This document shows positions 20,844 through 29,646 of a stretch of 64,000 nt of DNA, in pieces. The DNA comes from Candidatus Bathyarchaeota archaeon (GTDB taxonomy: Archaea; Thermoproteota; Bathyarchaeia; 40CM-2-53-6). The notes under the pieces are model-generated. The model worked only from the letters and a program-made list of their open reading frames with translations, searched no databases and was not told the DNA's origin. How positions within the stretch are numbered: the first letter of the stretch is position 1; each line of letters begins with the position of its first letter. Position numbers and translations under genes: made by a program. Where the stretch lies: the NCBI GenBank assembly GCA_963726255.1, contig CAVSBL010000002.1, positions 1,696,001-1,760,000 on the forward strand. Direction: 5' to 3'.

Positions 20844-21647
20844 ACGTCGACTCAACCTTATCAGACATTGCGCTATGAGAAATCGGATCACATCGCTACT
20901 ATAACCTTGAATCGACCTGACGTGCTTAACGCAGTAAATGAAACGATGGGTAAAGAGCTCCTTGATGCGCTACGTGGCGCCGAACGGGATGATGAGATTC
21001 GATGCGTCATCATGACGGGAAACGGGCGAGCCTTCTGTGCTGGAGAAGATATTCAAGACCTACGCGGGCAGTACGAGAGGGGAGAGAACCCCAAACTCGG
21101 AGAGAGGCTTCTACATAAGTACAATCCAATTGTCCGCCAAATTCGCCGCATGCAGAAACCTGTAATCGCAGCCGTGAACGGCGTGGCGGCAGGAGGAGGA
21201 GCTGGAATAGCATACTCATGCGACATTCGGGTCGCATCCGACAACGCTAAGTTCATACAAGCCTTCATCAGAGTTGGGCTCGCGCCTGATTCAGGAACAA
21301 GTTTCTTCCTCCCAAGACTTGCGGGCTTTGCAAAGGCTTTGGAATTATCCCTCACCGGAGACGAACTCACTAGCCGCGATGCGGAACGTCTAGGGGTAGT
21401 CTCCAAGGTGGTCCCAGAAGAACAGCTGATGGCGACAGCGTGCGAGTTAGGAACGAAGTTGGCACAGGGGCCTTTGAAAGCGATTGGCCTTACAAAGCGG
21501 GCCCTCAACAAGTCAATCTCAAGTGACCTGGAAACAGTTTTGGAATACGAGAGCTATCTGCAGGAGATAGCCGGCGCTACAGCTGACCATATCGAAGCGG
21601 TTAGGGCCTTCTTCGGGAAAAGGAAACCAATCTTCAAGGGAAAGTGA
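20844..21647 (+). CDS. Enoyl-CoA hydratase/isomerase, PaaG-like (start probably ACG 20844; ORF track uses TTG 20868)
   Basis: LNRPD.LNA, AFCAGED, VNGVAAG.G, FIQAF.RVGL.PDSG (Asp-type, PaaG-like). Confidence 0.88.
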   Translation, partial: TSTQPYQTLRYEKSDHIATITLNRPDVLNAVNETMGKELLDALRGAERDDEIRCVIMTGNGRAFCAGEDIQDLRGQYERGENPKLGERLLHKYNPIVRQIRRMQKPVIAAVNGVAAGGGAGIAYSCDIRVASDNAKFIQAFIRVGLAPDSGTSFFLPRLAGFAKALELSLTGDELTSRDAERLGVVSKVVPEEQLMATACELGTKLAQGPLKAIGLTKRALNKSISSDLETVLEYESYLQEIAGATADHIEAVRAFFGKRKPIFKGK

Positions 21648-21655
21648 ATAGGAGC

Positions 21656-22651
21656 CTAGAAGGGCGTAGCAATAGGCTCGTCCGCGCGAACATCGACCTC
21701 TTCTCCTTCCAAGTCTATCTCATGGATGGCGGGGATTGGGATTCCCAATTTTTCCACTTGTTCCCTTCGCCTCTCGATCGCTTTCAACCAACCCTTGGAC
21801 TTCTCTTGCATAGTAGGTACGCCTAACCCCGAGTTTCTAGCCACCCCTTCCATCTCCTGATCAACTTCGTCGAAGTCTTTCGGCAAATGCCAGAAAACAG
21901 GCATTGGCTTGTATAGCAGGGGAGATAGGAAGATGAAACCGTGTTTCATCTGTCTAGTAATCATCAGTTTTTGGTCTTCTTTGAAATCTCTTGCCAAGTT
22001 CTCCAGTAAAGACAGCGTCCCTGCTAGATGGCGTGACTCGTCGACCGTAACGTTCTGGAAGGCTTCCTTGTAGAGTTTGATGTTCGAGAGTTCGCTTACC
22101 GTGTTGAAGATCAATTGCGCGCCTATTTCGGCAAAGAAGAAACTTGAGAAGATTAATTCTAATGGGTATTTATCCCAGGCTTTCATGAAGCCGTTCCAGT
22201 ACCGTCGCCCATTATCATACAACGCTAGAATATTCTTCAGAGCCCTCTTCTCGAAATCTGTCGTGGCATTGTACTTGTATGGAAAGTTCGGGCAGAGCTT
22301 ATTGCAAGCTCGCCGGCAAACTTCGTCGTGCCTGCACTCATCAAACGTCACGGCGGCCAGGAACTTCTTCGTAGGGTCTTCCATGTCGGACATAGCTGCC
22401 TTTAGCATAGCCGTTCCAAATGCTCCGATTCCGGATTTTTCGAAAAGGGCCAATTTGGCCATCCAGTAGGCCTGCGCGACTCGCTCTTTGAGGTCCAGAC
22501 CCGACGGGTCCAATGAATCCCATGCTAATGTGACAGGGCTCCAGTCTTGTACGAAAGATTGCTCGTAGGTACGAAGTAATTGCTGCGTCTTAACGGTCCA
22601 GTTCCCGGGGAATATGTTTGGTTCGCCCGAAGACGTTGACATGCAAACCAT
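21656..22651 (-). CDS. Uncharacterised ferritin-like diiron-carboxylate protein
   Basis: Ligand pattern E(FEKSG)...DECRH...E(AEIG)...DESRH in a helical 331-aa protein. Confidence 0.75.
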   Translation of the reverse strand: MVCMSTSSGEPNIFPGNWTVKTQQLLRTYEQSFVQDWSPVTLAWDSLDPSGLDLKERVAQAYWMAKLALFEKSGIGAFGTAMLKAAMSDMEDPTKKFLAAVTFDECRHDEVCRRACNKLCPNFPYKYNATTDFEKRALKNILALYDNGRRYWNGFMKAWDKYPLELIFSSFFFAEIGAQLIFNTVSELSNIKLYKEAFQNVTVDESRHLAGTLSLLENLARDFKEDQKLMITRQMKHGFIFLSPLLYKPMPVFWHLPKDFDEVDQEMEGVARNSGLGVPTMQEKSKGWLKAIERRREQVEKLGIPIPAIHEIDLEGEEVDVRADEPIATPF

Positions 22652-23042
22652 GCTACGGGAAAACGGGAAGGCCTTTAAGTATTCCGTAGAAAAGTGAGGG
22701 AAATTTCCGTTCAGTTCTGTAGCTCTATCTTCTTCAATGGTATACTTTCTTTTTCACAGAACTCCTTGAGGTTATGCACGATTGAGCTCCGTTCGAGATA
22801 CCAAAAGCTCTCTAGGGCACAGAGTACGAAGCTAAAGGCTAGAAGACCAAAGTGAACTCTGCTCTCACCGGTGTTCGTAGTCAACTTACATTCGATCCTG
22901 CTACATGTGGCATTTGTGTCCTATTGAAAGCTACAGGCTGTTTTGTCGTTCTGTTTAAGCACTATTTGCATTCACCAAACCCAACCTCTTAGTCTCTCGT
23001 TTGATTCGGCCGATAATGCTAATTACAAATGAAGATGAGCGT

Positions 23043-24425
23043 GTGGCTAGGTGCACACAACTGTCTTCTCTCCAAGGGTTAAGCTTCGAAGAAGCCCCTC
23101 GGATGATAGTAAAACCCCCGGGGCCCAAGTCGAAGGAACTCCTAGCGAAACAATCAGCACTCGAGACTAGAGCTGTGATTTACAGCAAGGCATTCCCCTT
23201 TGCCATTGACTCAGCCAAGGGTGCCACGATAAAAGACGTCGACGGGAACGTCTACATCGATTGGGTCAGCGGTATCAGCGTACTCAACCTAGGACACAAC
23301 AACCCGACCATCAGCGCAGCAGTGAAGGCGCAAATGGACCGTATCTGGCACTCGCTCGAGATTCCGACTGAAACCAGGATCGGCTTCTTGGAGAGAATGC
23401 ATTCCCTCCTACCCGGTAACCTTCGCGGACGCGCGAAAATTCTGTTTACCGTTACAGGTGGAGATGCATGTGAAGCAGCAGTGAGTCTCGCTAGGTACGT
23501 TAGTGGGAAGAGAACAGTAGTCGCGTTCGAAGGAGCATACCACGGCGTCCACCAGGGCATCGTGGGGGCAACTGCTAGCCGGCAATACCTCTCTACTTCA
23601 GGTACTGTGAGGTACGGTGTGTTTCACCTTCCGTATCCTTACCCATACCGGTTCCCGCTCCCCGTCGAAAAGAAAGGTGACGAGGCGAAGGTTGTTCTGA
23701 GATACCTTGAACATCTGTTGAGGGACTCCCATTCCGGCCTCGACGATACTGGCGCTATTTTGGTTGAACCCATTCAAGGTGAAGGAGGGTACATTGTTCC
23801 CCCAAACGACTTCCTCCCCGGCCTGAGGGAAATCGCCGATAGGTTCCAGATTCCTTTGATACTTGACGAAGTGCAAACAGGGTTTGGAAGAACTGGACAC
23901 TTTTGGGGATGTGAGCTGACAGACACCTCACCAGACATTATGTGTGTATCCAAATCAGTTGGGGCAGGTATTCCACTCTCGTTAATTGCATATCGTGACG
24001 AATACGACACCAATCTTCCCGAAGCCTTTCACCTCGGAACGTACAGGGGCAACCCGATAGCTTTGGCCGCAGGCTCTGCAAGCATCGATTTCATCCAACA
24101 AACGAATCTACTCAGCAGGGTGCAACAACTGGGAAAGAAGACCATCTCGCGGTTCGAGCAGATTGCAAAGACGAGTGACAATGTAGGAGAAGTGAGGGGG
24201 GTAGGCTTCATGATTGGTAATGAGTTCGTGAATTCAATGGAAACAAAAGTACCTTCGAAAGACTTGGCCGTCAATCTGCGAAAAACGATGTTTGAGAAGG
24301 GGCTTCTAATGCACACGTGTGGTCACTTTGGAAACGTACTTCGTTTCATGGCTCCGTTGATCATCAGCGAACAACTACTCGACAAGGGACTGGAAATATA
24401 CGCCGCGGCCGTAAAGGGAAACTAA
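23043..24425 (+). CDS. Class III PLP aminotransferase (4-aminobutyrate/diamine type); start uncertain (GTG 23043 or CTG 23061)
   Basis: PPGPKS, DVDGN.YID, GAYHG, EPIQGEGG, DEVQTGFGRTG, SKS. Confidence 0.9.
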   Translation: MARCTQLSSLQGLSFEEAPRMIVKPPGPKSKELLAKQSALETRAVIYSKAFPFAIDSAKGATIKDVDGNVYIDWVSGISVLNLGHNNPTISAAVKAQMDRIWHSLEIPTETRIGFLERMHSLLPGNLRGRAKILFTVTGGDACEAAVSLARYVSGKRTVVAFEGAYHGVHQGIVGATASRQYLSTSGTVRYGVFHLPYPYPYRFPLPVEKKGDEAKVVLRYLEHLLRDSHSGLDDTGAILVEPIQGEGGYIVPPNDFLPGLREIADRFQIPLILDEVQTGFGRTGHFWGCELTDTSPDIMCVSKSVGAGIPLSLIAYRDEYDTNLPEAFHLGTYRGNPIALAAGSASIDFIQQTNLLSRVQQLGKKTISRFEQIAKTSDNVGEVRGVGFMIGNEFVNSMETKVPSKDLAVNLRKTMFEKGLLMHTCGHFGNVLRFMAPLIISEQLLDKGLEIYAAAVKGN

Positions 24426-24460
24426 GCTTTCCAGTTTGCCCGGCGAGTGACTTGTTCGCC

Positions 24461-25231
24461 CTAGTGGAGCGTACTACCGCCGTCGAGGACTATGGTCTGC
24501 CCATTTAGGAACGAGGAATCATCCGAACAAAGGAACGCGAGTGTCTTCGCTATTTCTTCAGGCCTTCCGAAACGTTTGACCAGGTTGTCACTCCGTTCCT
24601 TTCTCAACTCTTCCTGGGTTAGTTCGCTCACCCATTCTGTTTCAACGTTTCCTAGGGCGATCGTGTTCACTCGAACGTAGGGCGCGAGTTCGAACGCTAA
24701 GGCTTTTGTTAGGCCTAGGATAGCGGCCTTGGCAACAGTGAAAGCGAAACCTTTGTCGTGGCCGCTCAACGCTGGTGTCGAACTCACATTCACTATGACG
24801 CCGCTTTTCTGCTTTAGAAAATGCTGCGCAACGGCTCGGGCGCAGAGGAAAGAACCGAAAAGATCCACGTTAATCGGCTTATAGAAATCCTCGGGTGTGA
24901 GTTCCATGAACCGTTTGTTCCATTCACCCCTGGCAGGGTAGCCGGCTAAGTTTAGTAGCACGTCAACTTTCCCAAACTCCTTGATGGCTCCGTTTACCAT
25001 GCCTTGAACCTCACCTGGTGCAACTAAGACATTAGTGAAGTCTACGTGTGCAAGGATGGACTTCTTCCCCAAAGCCGCCAGCTTGCTCGCAACCGCTTCC
25101 ACTTCATCTATCCTAGACATGTACTGCAAGACAACGTTCGCACCTTCACTTGCGAATTCAAGTGCCGCCGCCCGTCCGATCCCTCCGCTCGCTCCCGTGA
25201 TGATGGCAACTTTGCCAGACAACCTCGACAT
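24461..25231 (-). CDS. Short-chain dehydrogenase/reductase (FabG-like; FxxxK in place of YxxxK)
   Basis: TGASGGIG, NVSS, FTVAKAA, VRVNTI, GQTIVLDGG. Confidence 0.88.
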   Translation of the reverse strand: MSRLSGKVAIITGASGGIGRAAALEFASEGANVVLQYMSRIDEVEAVASKLAALGKKSILAHVDFTNVLVAPGEVQGMVNGAIKEFGKVDVLLNLAGYPARGEWNKRFMELTPEDFYKPINVDLFGSFLCARAVAQHFLKQKSGVIVNVSSTPALSGHDKGFAFTVAKAAILGLTKALAFELAPYVRVNTIALGNVETEWVSELTQEELRKERSDNLVKRFGRPEEIAKTLAFLCSDDSSFLNGQTIVLDGGSTLH

Positions 25232-25831
25232 TGCTAACGCCTCTAACTGCGCATGAACGCCATAAGACAGCTAAATGTCCCTCGTTCTGATCGACGGCCT
25301 TCTTTTCCGAACGTGTTTGTGCGGTTTCGGCAACAGGCTTATGTGCACGGGATTGGGCAAGTTAAGTTAAGAGAGGCCAAAACCTCGCCCACTATTGAGC
25401 AGCTCACTCGCTCCCACATGAGAATTCCGGTACTGGTCTATGAGCGAGTAAAGACCGCACAGTACTTGCGCTTCATCAAACGGCATAGAGAGAGGCTAGT
25501 TTTTGCTGGGCGATTGGATGTACTTGGAATATTGCTTGTCGGATTCACTGGCTATCTGTACGTCTCGGGGACGAAGTACGGTTCCCTCGTGTTCAATGGG
25601 CTATTGGAAATCTTGACCACCGCGAAATTAGATGACAGACTCTACCGGATAACAGACTGGCGGCAGAAGAAAGGCCAATTGATGGTTTACGTTTCTCGTA
25701 GGTTAGGTCCGTAGTTCCAGACCGGTTCGGAATGCGGAATCGTGTACGATAGGAGCCTGACTGAATTCGGTGAGATAGCCCTCGTTCCCACACGGAATAA
25801 AGGCCGAGAGAGCCTCCTTAGCCCCCGATGC

Positions 25832-26261
25832 AGTTCTGTTAAGTTGACGGGGGTTCAGCATCCTTGTTAACCTTCGGGTGTTGGCTCGCATTCTGAATTA
25901 GAGTCAGCCGCTTGTTTTCGCCTTCAACTTTGATGCCCCCTCTCTTTTCTTATTTCTTACCTTCTTTACCTGCTACATACGCGAGAGCGAAACCGGAAAT
26001 GGTGAGACCGAAAGCGGAAATAGCGCTCAGACCTGCCAGAAACATGAGCGGCTGATATGCCAGGAACATGAGAAGCTTGGATGTGCAGCCAAAGCTGTAT
26101 ATGCAGTCAGATGCGGCGCGTGCTAGGACAATAAGAAGCAAAGGCACAACCAACATGACGAAAAGTCCCACGTATATCAAACCGTGAACCTTCTTGAACG
26201 GCAAAGAACATATCACCCGACGCTTAACAGTCAAACCAATACCCAACAACTTAACAGAACC
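25832..26261. mobile_element. 430-bp non-autonomous IS6-like mini-element carrying one gene
   Basis: TIRs (A/G)GTTCTGTTAAGTTG...TGTTAA...TCGGGTG at 25832-25880 and 26214-26261; perfect 8-bp direct repeat CCCGATGC at 25824-25831 and 26262-26269. Confidence 0.9.
25950..26204 (-). CDS. Small 2-TM membrane protein, cargo of the mini-element (84 aa)
   Basis: TTG 26204 preceded by GGGTGA at the inner end of the right TIR; two hydrophobic helices with a CIYSFGC loop. Confidence 0.65.
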   Translation of the reverse strand: MPFKKVHGLIYVGLFVMLVVPLLLIVLARAASDCIYSFGCTSKLLMFLAYQPLMFLAGLSAISAFGLTISGFALAYVAGKEGKK

Positions 26262-26439
26262 CCCGATGCCAAATGCTTTAAGCAATTAGCGCGGTACCGT
26301 CGAGAGGGTTTCGTGGTAGAAGAAAAACCGGAAGCAAGTAGCGACGAATTGGACGACGAGTATTTGCCAGCTTGCTGCCGCAATGGTCGAGCACACACTC
26401 ACCCGGTATAGACGTTTGGTATCGAACTGGTTATTTCCG

Positions 26440-26883
26440 TTAGACCCGACGCTCGTCTAGCGAAGTAGCGTTCGGTACAATAAGAGCGTAACACAGGTTT
26501 CCGTTCGCCAGTTTCGTAGGATTCAACTTCAGTTTCATTCCAATGTTGATCCGATCTTCAGGCACGGTTTTGTCTATCCAAGCGAAGACCTTCGGGCCCT
26601 CGGGTAATTCTGCTAGTCCTAGGAGGTAGGGTGCTTCCTCTTTGAACATGGAAGGGGTCGCCTCCACCTTGGTGTATGTAATCAGCACGCAGTCTCCAGC
26701 AAGTTCCTTCCATTCAAAACTGCTCGAGAGGCATCTTACGCAGTGTGCTCGCGGAGGGAACTGAACGCAACCACATTCCTTGCATTCGGTCCCGTAGATT
26801 TTTCCTTCCTGCAAATAATCTACGAATTTCGATATCCTAGTCTGACTAGCGTAGGATACCCATCCAAACCTCTCAAAACCCAA
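26440..26883 (-). CDS. DUF35 Zn-ribbon/OB-fold protein (thiolase partner)
   Basis: CKECG..QFPPRAHCVRC, TYT.V, PY..GL.EL; TTG 26883 with GGAGG. Confidence 0.88.
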   Translation of the reverse strand: MGFERFGWVSYASQTRISKFVDYLQEGKIYGTECKECGCVQFPPRAHCVRCLSSSFEWKELAGDCVLITYTKVEATPSMFKEEAPYLLGLAELPEGPKVFAWIDKTVPEDRINIGMKLKLNPTKLANGNLCYALIVPNATSLDERRV

Positions 26884-26908
26884 CTGCTCTAGACCTCCGA
26901 ACGCGAAA

Positions 26909-28060
26909 TCATTTTGCAGTAAGCACAGTGCAAACGGCGTACATTCCGATTCCTCCAATGTTGTGAGCCAACCCTACTTTTGCTTTCGGAACCTGGTTGG
27001 GGCCAGCCTCGTTGCGTAGTTGTCTCACTATCGAGATTATGTGCGAAGCTCCGGTTGCTCCAACGGGGTGGCCTTTCGCCAGCAATCCCCCATCCACATT
27101 TACAGGTATTTTTCCTCCGATGTAGGTTTGGCCGTCTGCGATGAACTTCCCGCCTTCGCCTTTTCTGCAGAATCCTAGGTCTTCGTAGTTGATGATTTCA
27201 GCTGAACTGAAACTATCATGCACTTCGGCAACATCAATATCGCGGGCGGTTACCTTCGCCATCTTGTACGCTTGTTTTACAGCTTGAACACTGCATTCGA
27301 AACTGGCAAATTCATTCCTGTTTGTGAGGGACATTGGGCTCGAGGCTAAGCCTAATCCAGTTATCCAGACGGGTGAATTGGTAATCTTTCGTGCCTTCTC
27401 TCCGCCCGCTAGAATAATGCATGCCGCGCCGTCTGCATTGGCGCAACAGTCATAGAGTTTGAGGGGGCTTGCGACAACGCGAGATTTCAAAACCTCCTCA
27501 ACCGTGAGCTCCTTTTGGAACATAGCGTACGGGTTCTTCACCCCATACTTGTGGTTCTTAACTGAGACCAGAGCGAACTGCTCTTCCGTCGTCCCATACC
27601 TGTTCATGTGGGCCCTCGCGTGCATCGCATAGTACGCCGGCATCGTCGGCCCAAATGGCGACTCCCACATGACATCGCCAGACCTGCTCATCACATCCTG
27701 CACCTCAGCAGCGTCAAGCTCAGTCATCTTCTGAAAGCCGACGACCGCTACAACATCGTGCAAGCCAGCTTGAACCATGGACCAGCCGACCCTTACCCCC
27801 ACGCCCGAAGAAGCACAGGCGGCCTCAACGTGAAACGTCGGAGTTGGGTTCAGACCTACATATTCAGCCATTATTCCAGCAGGAGAGCGTTGCTTGTCGT
27901 AATGCGATCCTGAACAAACTATGAGTGTTGAAATATCCTTCCTAGCTAGGCCGGCGTCGGAGAGGGCTTCCTTGAATGCGTCGGCCACAAGTTCCCGGCT
28001 TGAAGAATCAGAAAGCTTACCGAATTTAGTCTGCCCGATGCCAACTATTCCCACTCTCAT
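26909..28060 (-). CDS. Archaeal-type thiolase (acetyl-CoA C-acyltransferase)
   Basis: EAACAS, DGAA, EVHD.F, GGLLAKGHPVGATG, HNIGG. Confidence 0.93.
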   Translation of the reverse strand: MRVGIVGIGQTKFGKLSDSSSRELVADAFKEALSDAGLARKDISTLIVCSGSHYDKQRSPAGIMAEYVGLNPTPTFHVEAACASSGVGVRVGWSMVQAGLHDVVAVVGFQKMTELDAAEVQDVMSRSGDVMWESPFGPTMPAYYAMHARAHMNRYGTTEEQFALVSVKNHKYGVKNPYAMFQKELTVEEVLKSRVVASPLKLYDCCANADGAACIILAGGEKARKITNSPVWITGLGLASSPMSLTNRNEFASFECSVQAVKQAYKMAKVTARDIDVAEVHDSFSSAEIINYEDLGFCRKGEGGKFIADGQTYIGGKIPVNVDGGLLAKGHPVGATGASHIISIVRQLRNEAGPNQVPKAKVGLAHNIGGIGMYAVCTVLTAK

Positions 28061-28192
28061 TAACTTCGCCTTCTCAAAGCTACTTTAGTCAGGCCTGAGT
28101 AGGTAACTTATTGAGTTATTCTGAGTTAGTCTCAAAAAGGCTAACAACCTCTACATAGCTTACTCTACCGGAAAGCTTGGAATAGGGCACCC

Positions 28193-28552
28193 TTGATAGT
28201 CACGGAAGAACAGGGAAAGCAACGAATCCTTGGAGCTCTAGCAGACGAGTATTCAAGGAAAATTCTCACAGCGACCATTGAGGACCCTATGAGTGCTCTC
28301 GAACTGAGCAAGAAGTATGAGATACCAATTACGACTGTTTATCGACGCATCGAGGAATTAGTCGAAGCTGGGCTTCTGGCTGCGGTCAAGTCAGGCCGCA
28401 CAACCGACGGTAAGTGGTATGACCTGTATAGAAGCCTCCTAAGACGCATAGACGTAAGTTTCGAGAAGGGTGATGTTCGAATAGATGTAATAGTGAATGA
28501 GCACGTGGCGGACAGGTTCACCCGCATGTGGAGTTCGATTCCGCCAATTTAG
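28193..28552 (+). CDS. ArsR-like winged-helix regulator
   Basis: LADEYSRKIL....PMSA.ELS....IP.TTVYRRI.EL...GLL. Confidence 0.85.
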   Translation: MIVTEEQGKQRILGALADEYSRKILTATIEDPMSALELSKKYEIPITTVYRRIEELVEAGLLAAVKSGRTTDGKWYDLYRSLLRRIDVSFEKGDVRIDVIVNEHVADRFTRMWSSIPPI

Positions 28553-28566
28553 CGAAAAGAACGTGC

Positions 28567-28854
28567 TTGCTCGAATTTACACAAGTATTCTGGACCGCAT
28601 CTATTGTGAAGGTTGTCGCCCTCTTTCTGGGAGCGTATATTGTCTATCTAGCCTACAGGGGCTACAGGAGAAATGCGAGCAAACCGTTGCTCTACGTTGC
28701 CCTAGGTTTTGGGCTTATAACGGCAGGCACTCTTCTCGAAGGCATAATGTTCGTGATATTGGGCTCCGATATTCTTGAGGCAATTGCGACAGGGACCGTG
28801 TTGATTGCTGTTGGTTTTGCCGCGATCATCTATTCGGTCCACGCTGTGAAATGA
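28567..28854 (+). CDS. Small 3-TM membrane protein paired with the wHTH
   Basis: YLAYRGYRR...PL..VALGF..I..G; TTG 28567. Confidence 0.7.
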   Translation: MLEFTQVFWTASIVKVVALFLGAYIVYLAYRGYRRNASKPLLYVALGFGLITAGTLLEGIMFVILGSDILEAIATGTVLIAVGFAAIIYSVHAVK

Positions 28855-28961
28855 AGGCTGATTAAATTCGTTCATGTCAGGTCGGAAGCATAACCTATAG
28901 TCGAGGTTGGCACTACGATAGGTATCCAGCATGACGCATACCGAAACGGTGCGATGTGTAC

Positions 28962-29498
28962 TTATTCTTCGCTTGCTAACTGGGTTCTTACGCAGATACA
29001 TTCGTCTTGGTAGCGTCCGCAACTAGGGCATCTTGGCCTACCAGTTAATGCTTCTATGCGGGGATTGGTAATGAGGCCTTGCACTTCCTCGGGTAGATTG
29101 GGTTCGTAGAAGATTCGGAGAACCCAGCGGGTAAGATCTTTCTCGGTGACGATGCCAACCAATCTATCATTCTCAACTACCGCAAGCCGCCTTACCCCTA
29201 GTTTGAGCATGAGTTCGAAAGTACGCCAAATCTCCATGTTCGGTGTAGTCGTTTGCAGAGGCCTCGACATGAGGCTGCGCACCGGAAGCCTAAGCAGGCT
29301 GTCTCCACGTAGTGCAGCCCTAGTTACATCGCGTTCAGTGATGATTCCAACGGGCTTCTGTTTGTCTACAACGACTACGCTTCCAATATCAAATTTGACC
29401 ATGAGCCGCAACGCTTCTTCCACTCGCTCGCTGATATCCACCGTAACGACCTTAGTCGTCATGATTCCAGAAAGAAACGCATGTTCCGGCTTGCTCAT
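28962..29498 (-). CDS. CBS-pair protein with C-terminal Cys cluster
   Basis: IMT..V.TV, GSVVVVD...VGIITERD, LVGIVTEKD; CPSC...CIC. Confidence 0.85.
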   Translation of the reverse strand: MSKPEHAFLSGIMTTKVVTVDISERVEEALRLMVKFDIGSVVVVDKQKPVGIITERDVTRAALRGDSLLRLPVRSLMSRPLQTTTPNMEIWRTFELMLKLGVRRLAVVENDRLVGIVTEKDLTRWVLRIFYEPNLPEEVQGLITNPRIEALTGRPRCPSCGRYQDECICVRTQLASEE

Positions 29499-29646
29499 TG
29501 AAACCGAACAAATTTCGCAGCCGGGCGTATAATAGACGAGCCAACGATTACCAACAATGAGAACTGGCCTCGGTTTGAATAGGCGTTTTACCATTGCATT
29601 CTTCACGATAGTCCAGTCAAGTAGTTGTAAATGCGGGTAGTCTCCG

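Larger units (their letters stand above)
25418..26411 (+). pseudogene. Decayed hypothetical gene interrupted by the 430-bp element
   Basis: Frame continues past TAG 25712-25714, shifts near 25790, and rejoins across the TSD as IKAERASLA-PDA-KCFKQLARYRREGF. Confidence 0.45.

Noticed and set aside
25832-26261. Invertible switch or Xer/dif-type cassette
   Set aside because: The flanking 8-bp direct duplication and IS6-like GG..CTGTT ends indicate transposition; no recombinase nearby
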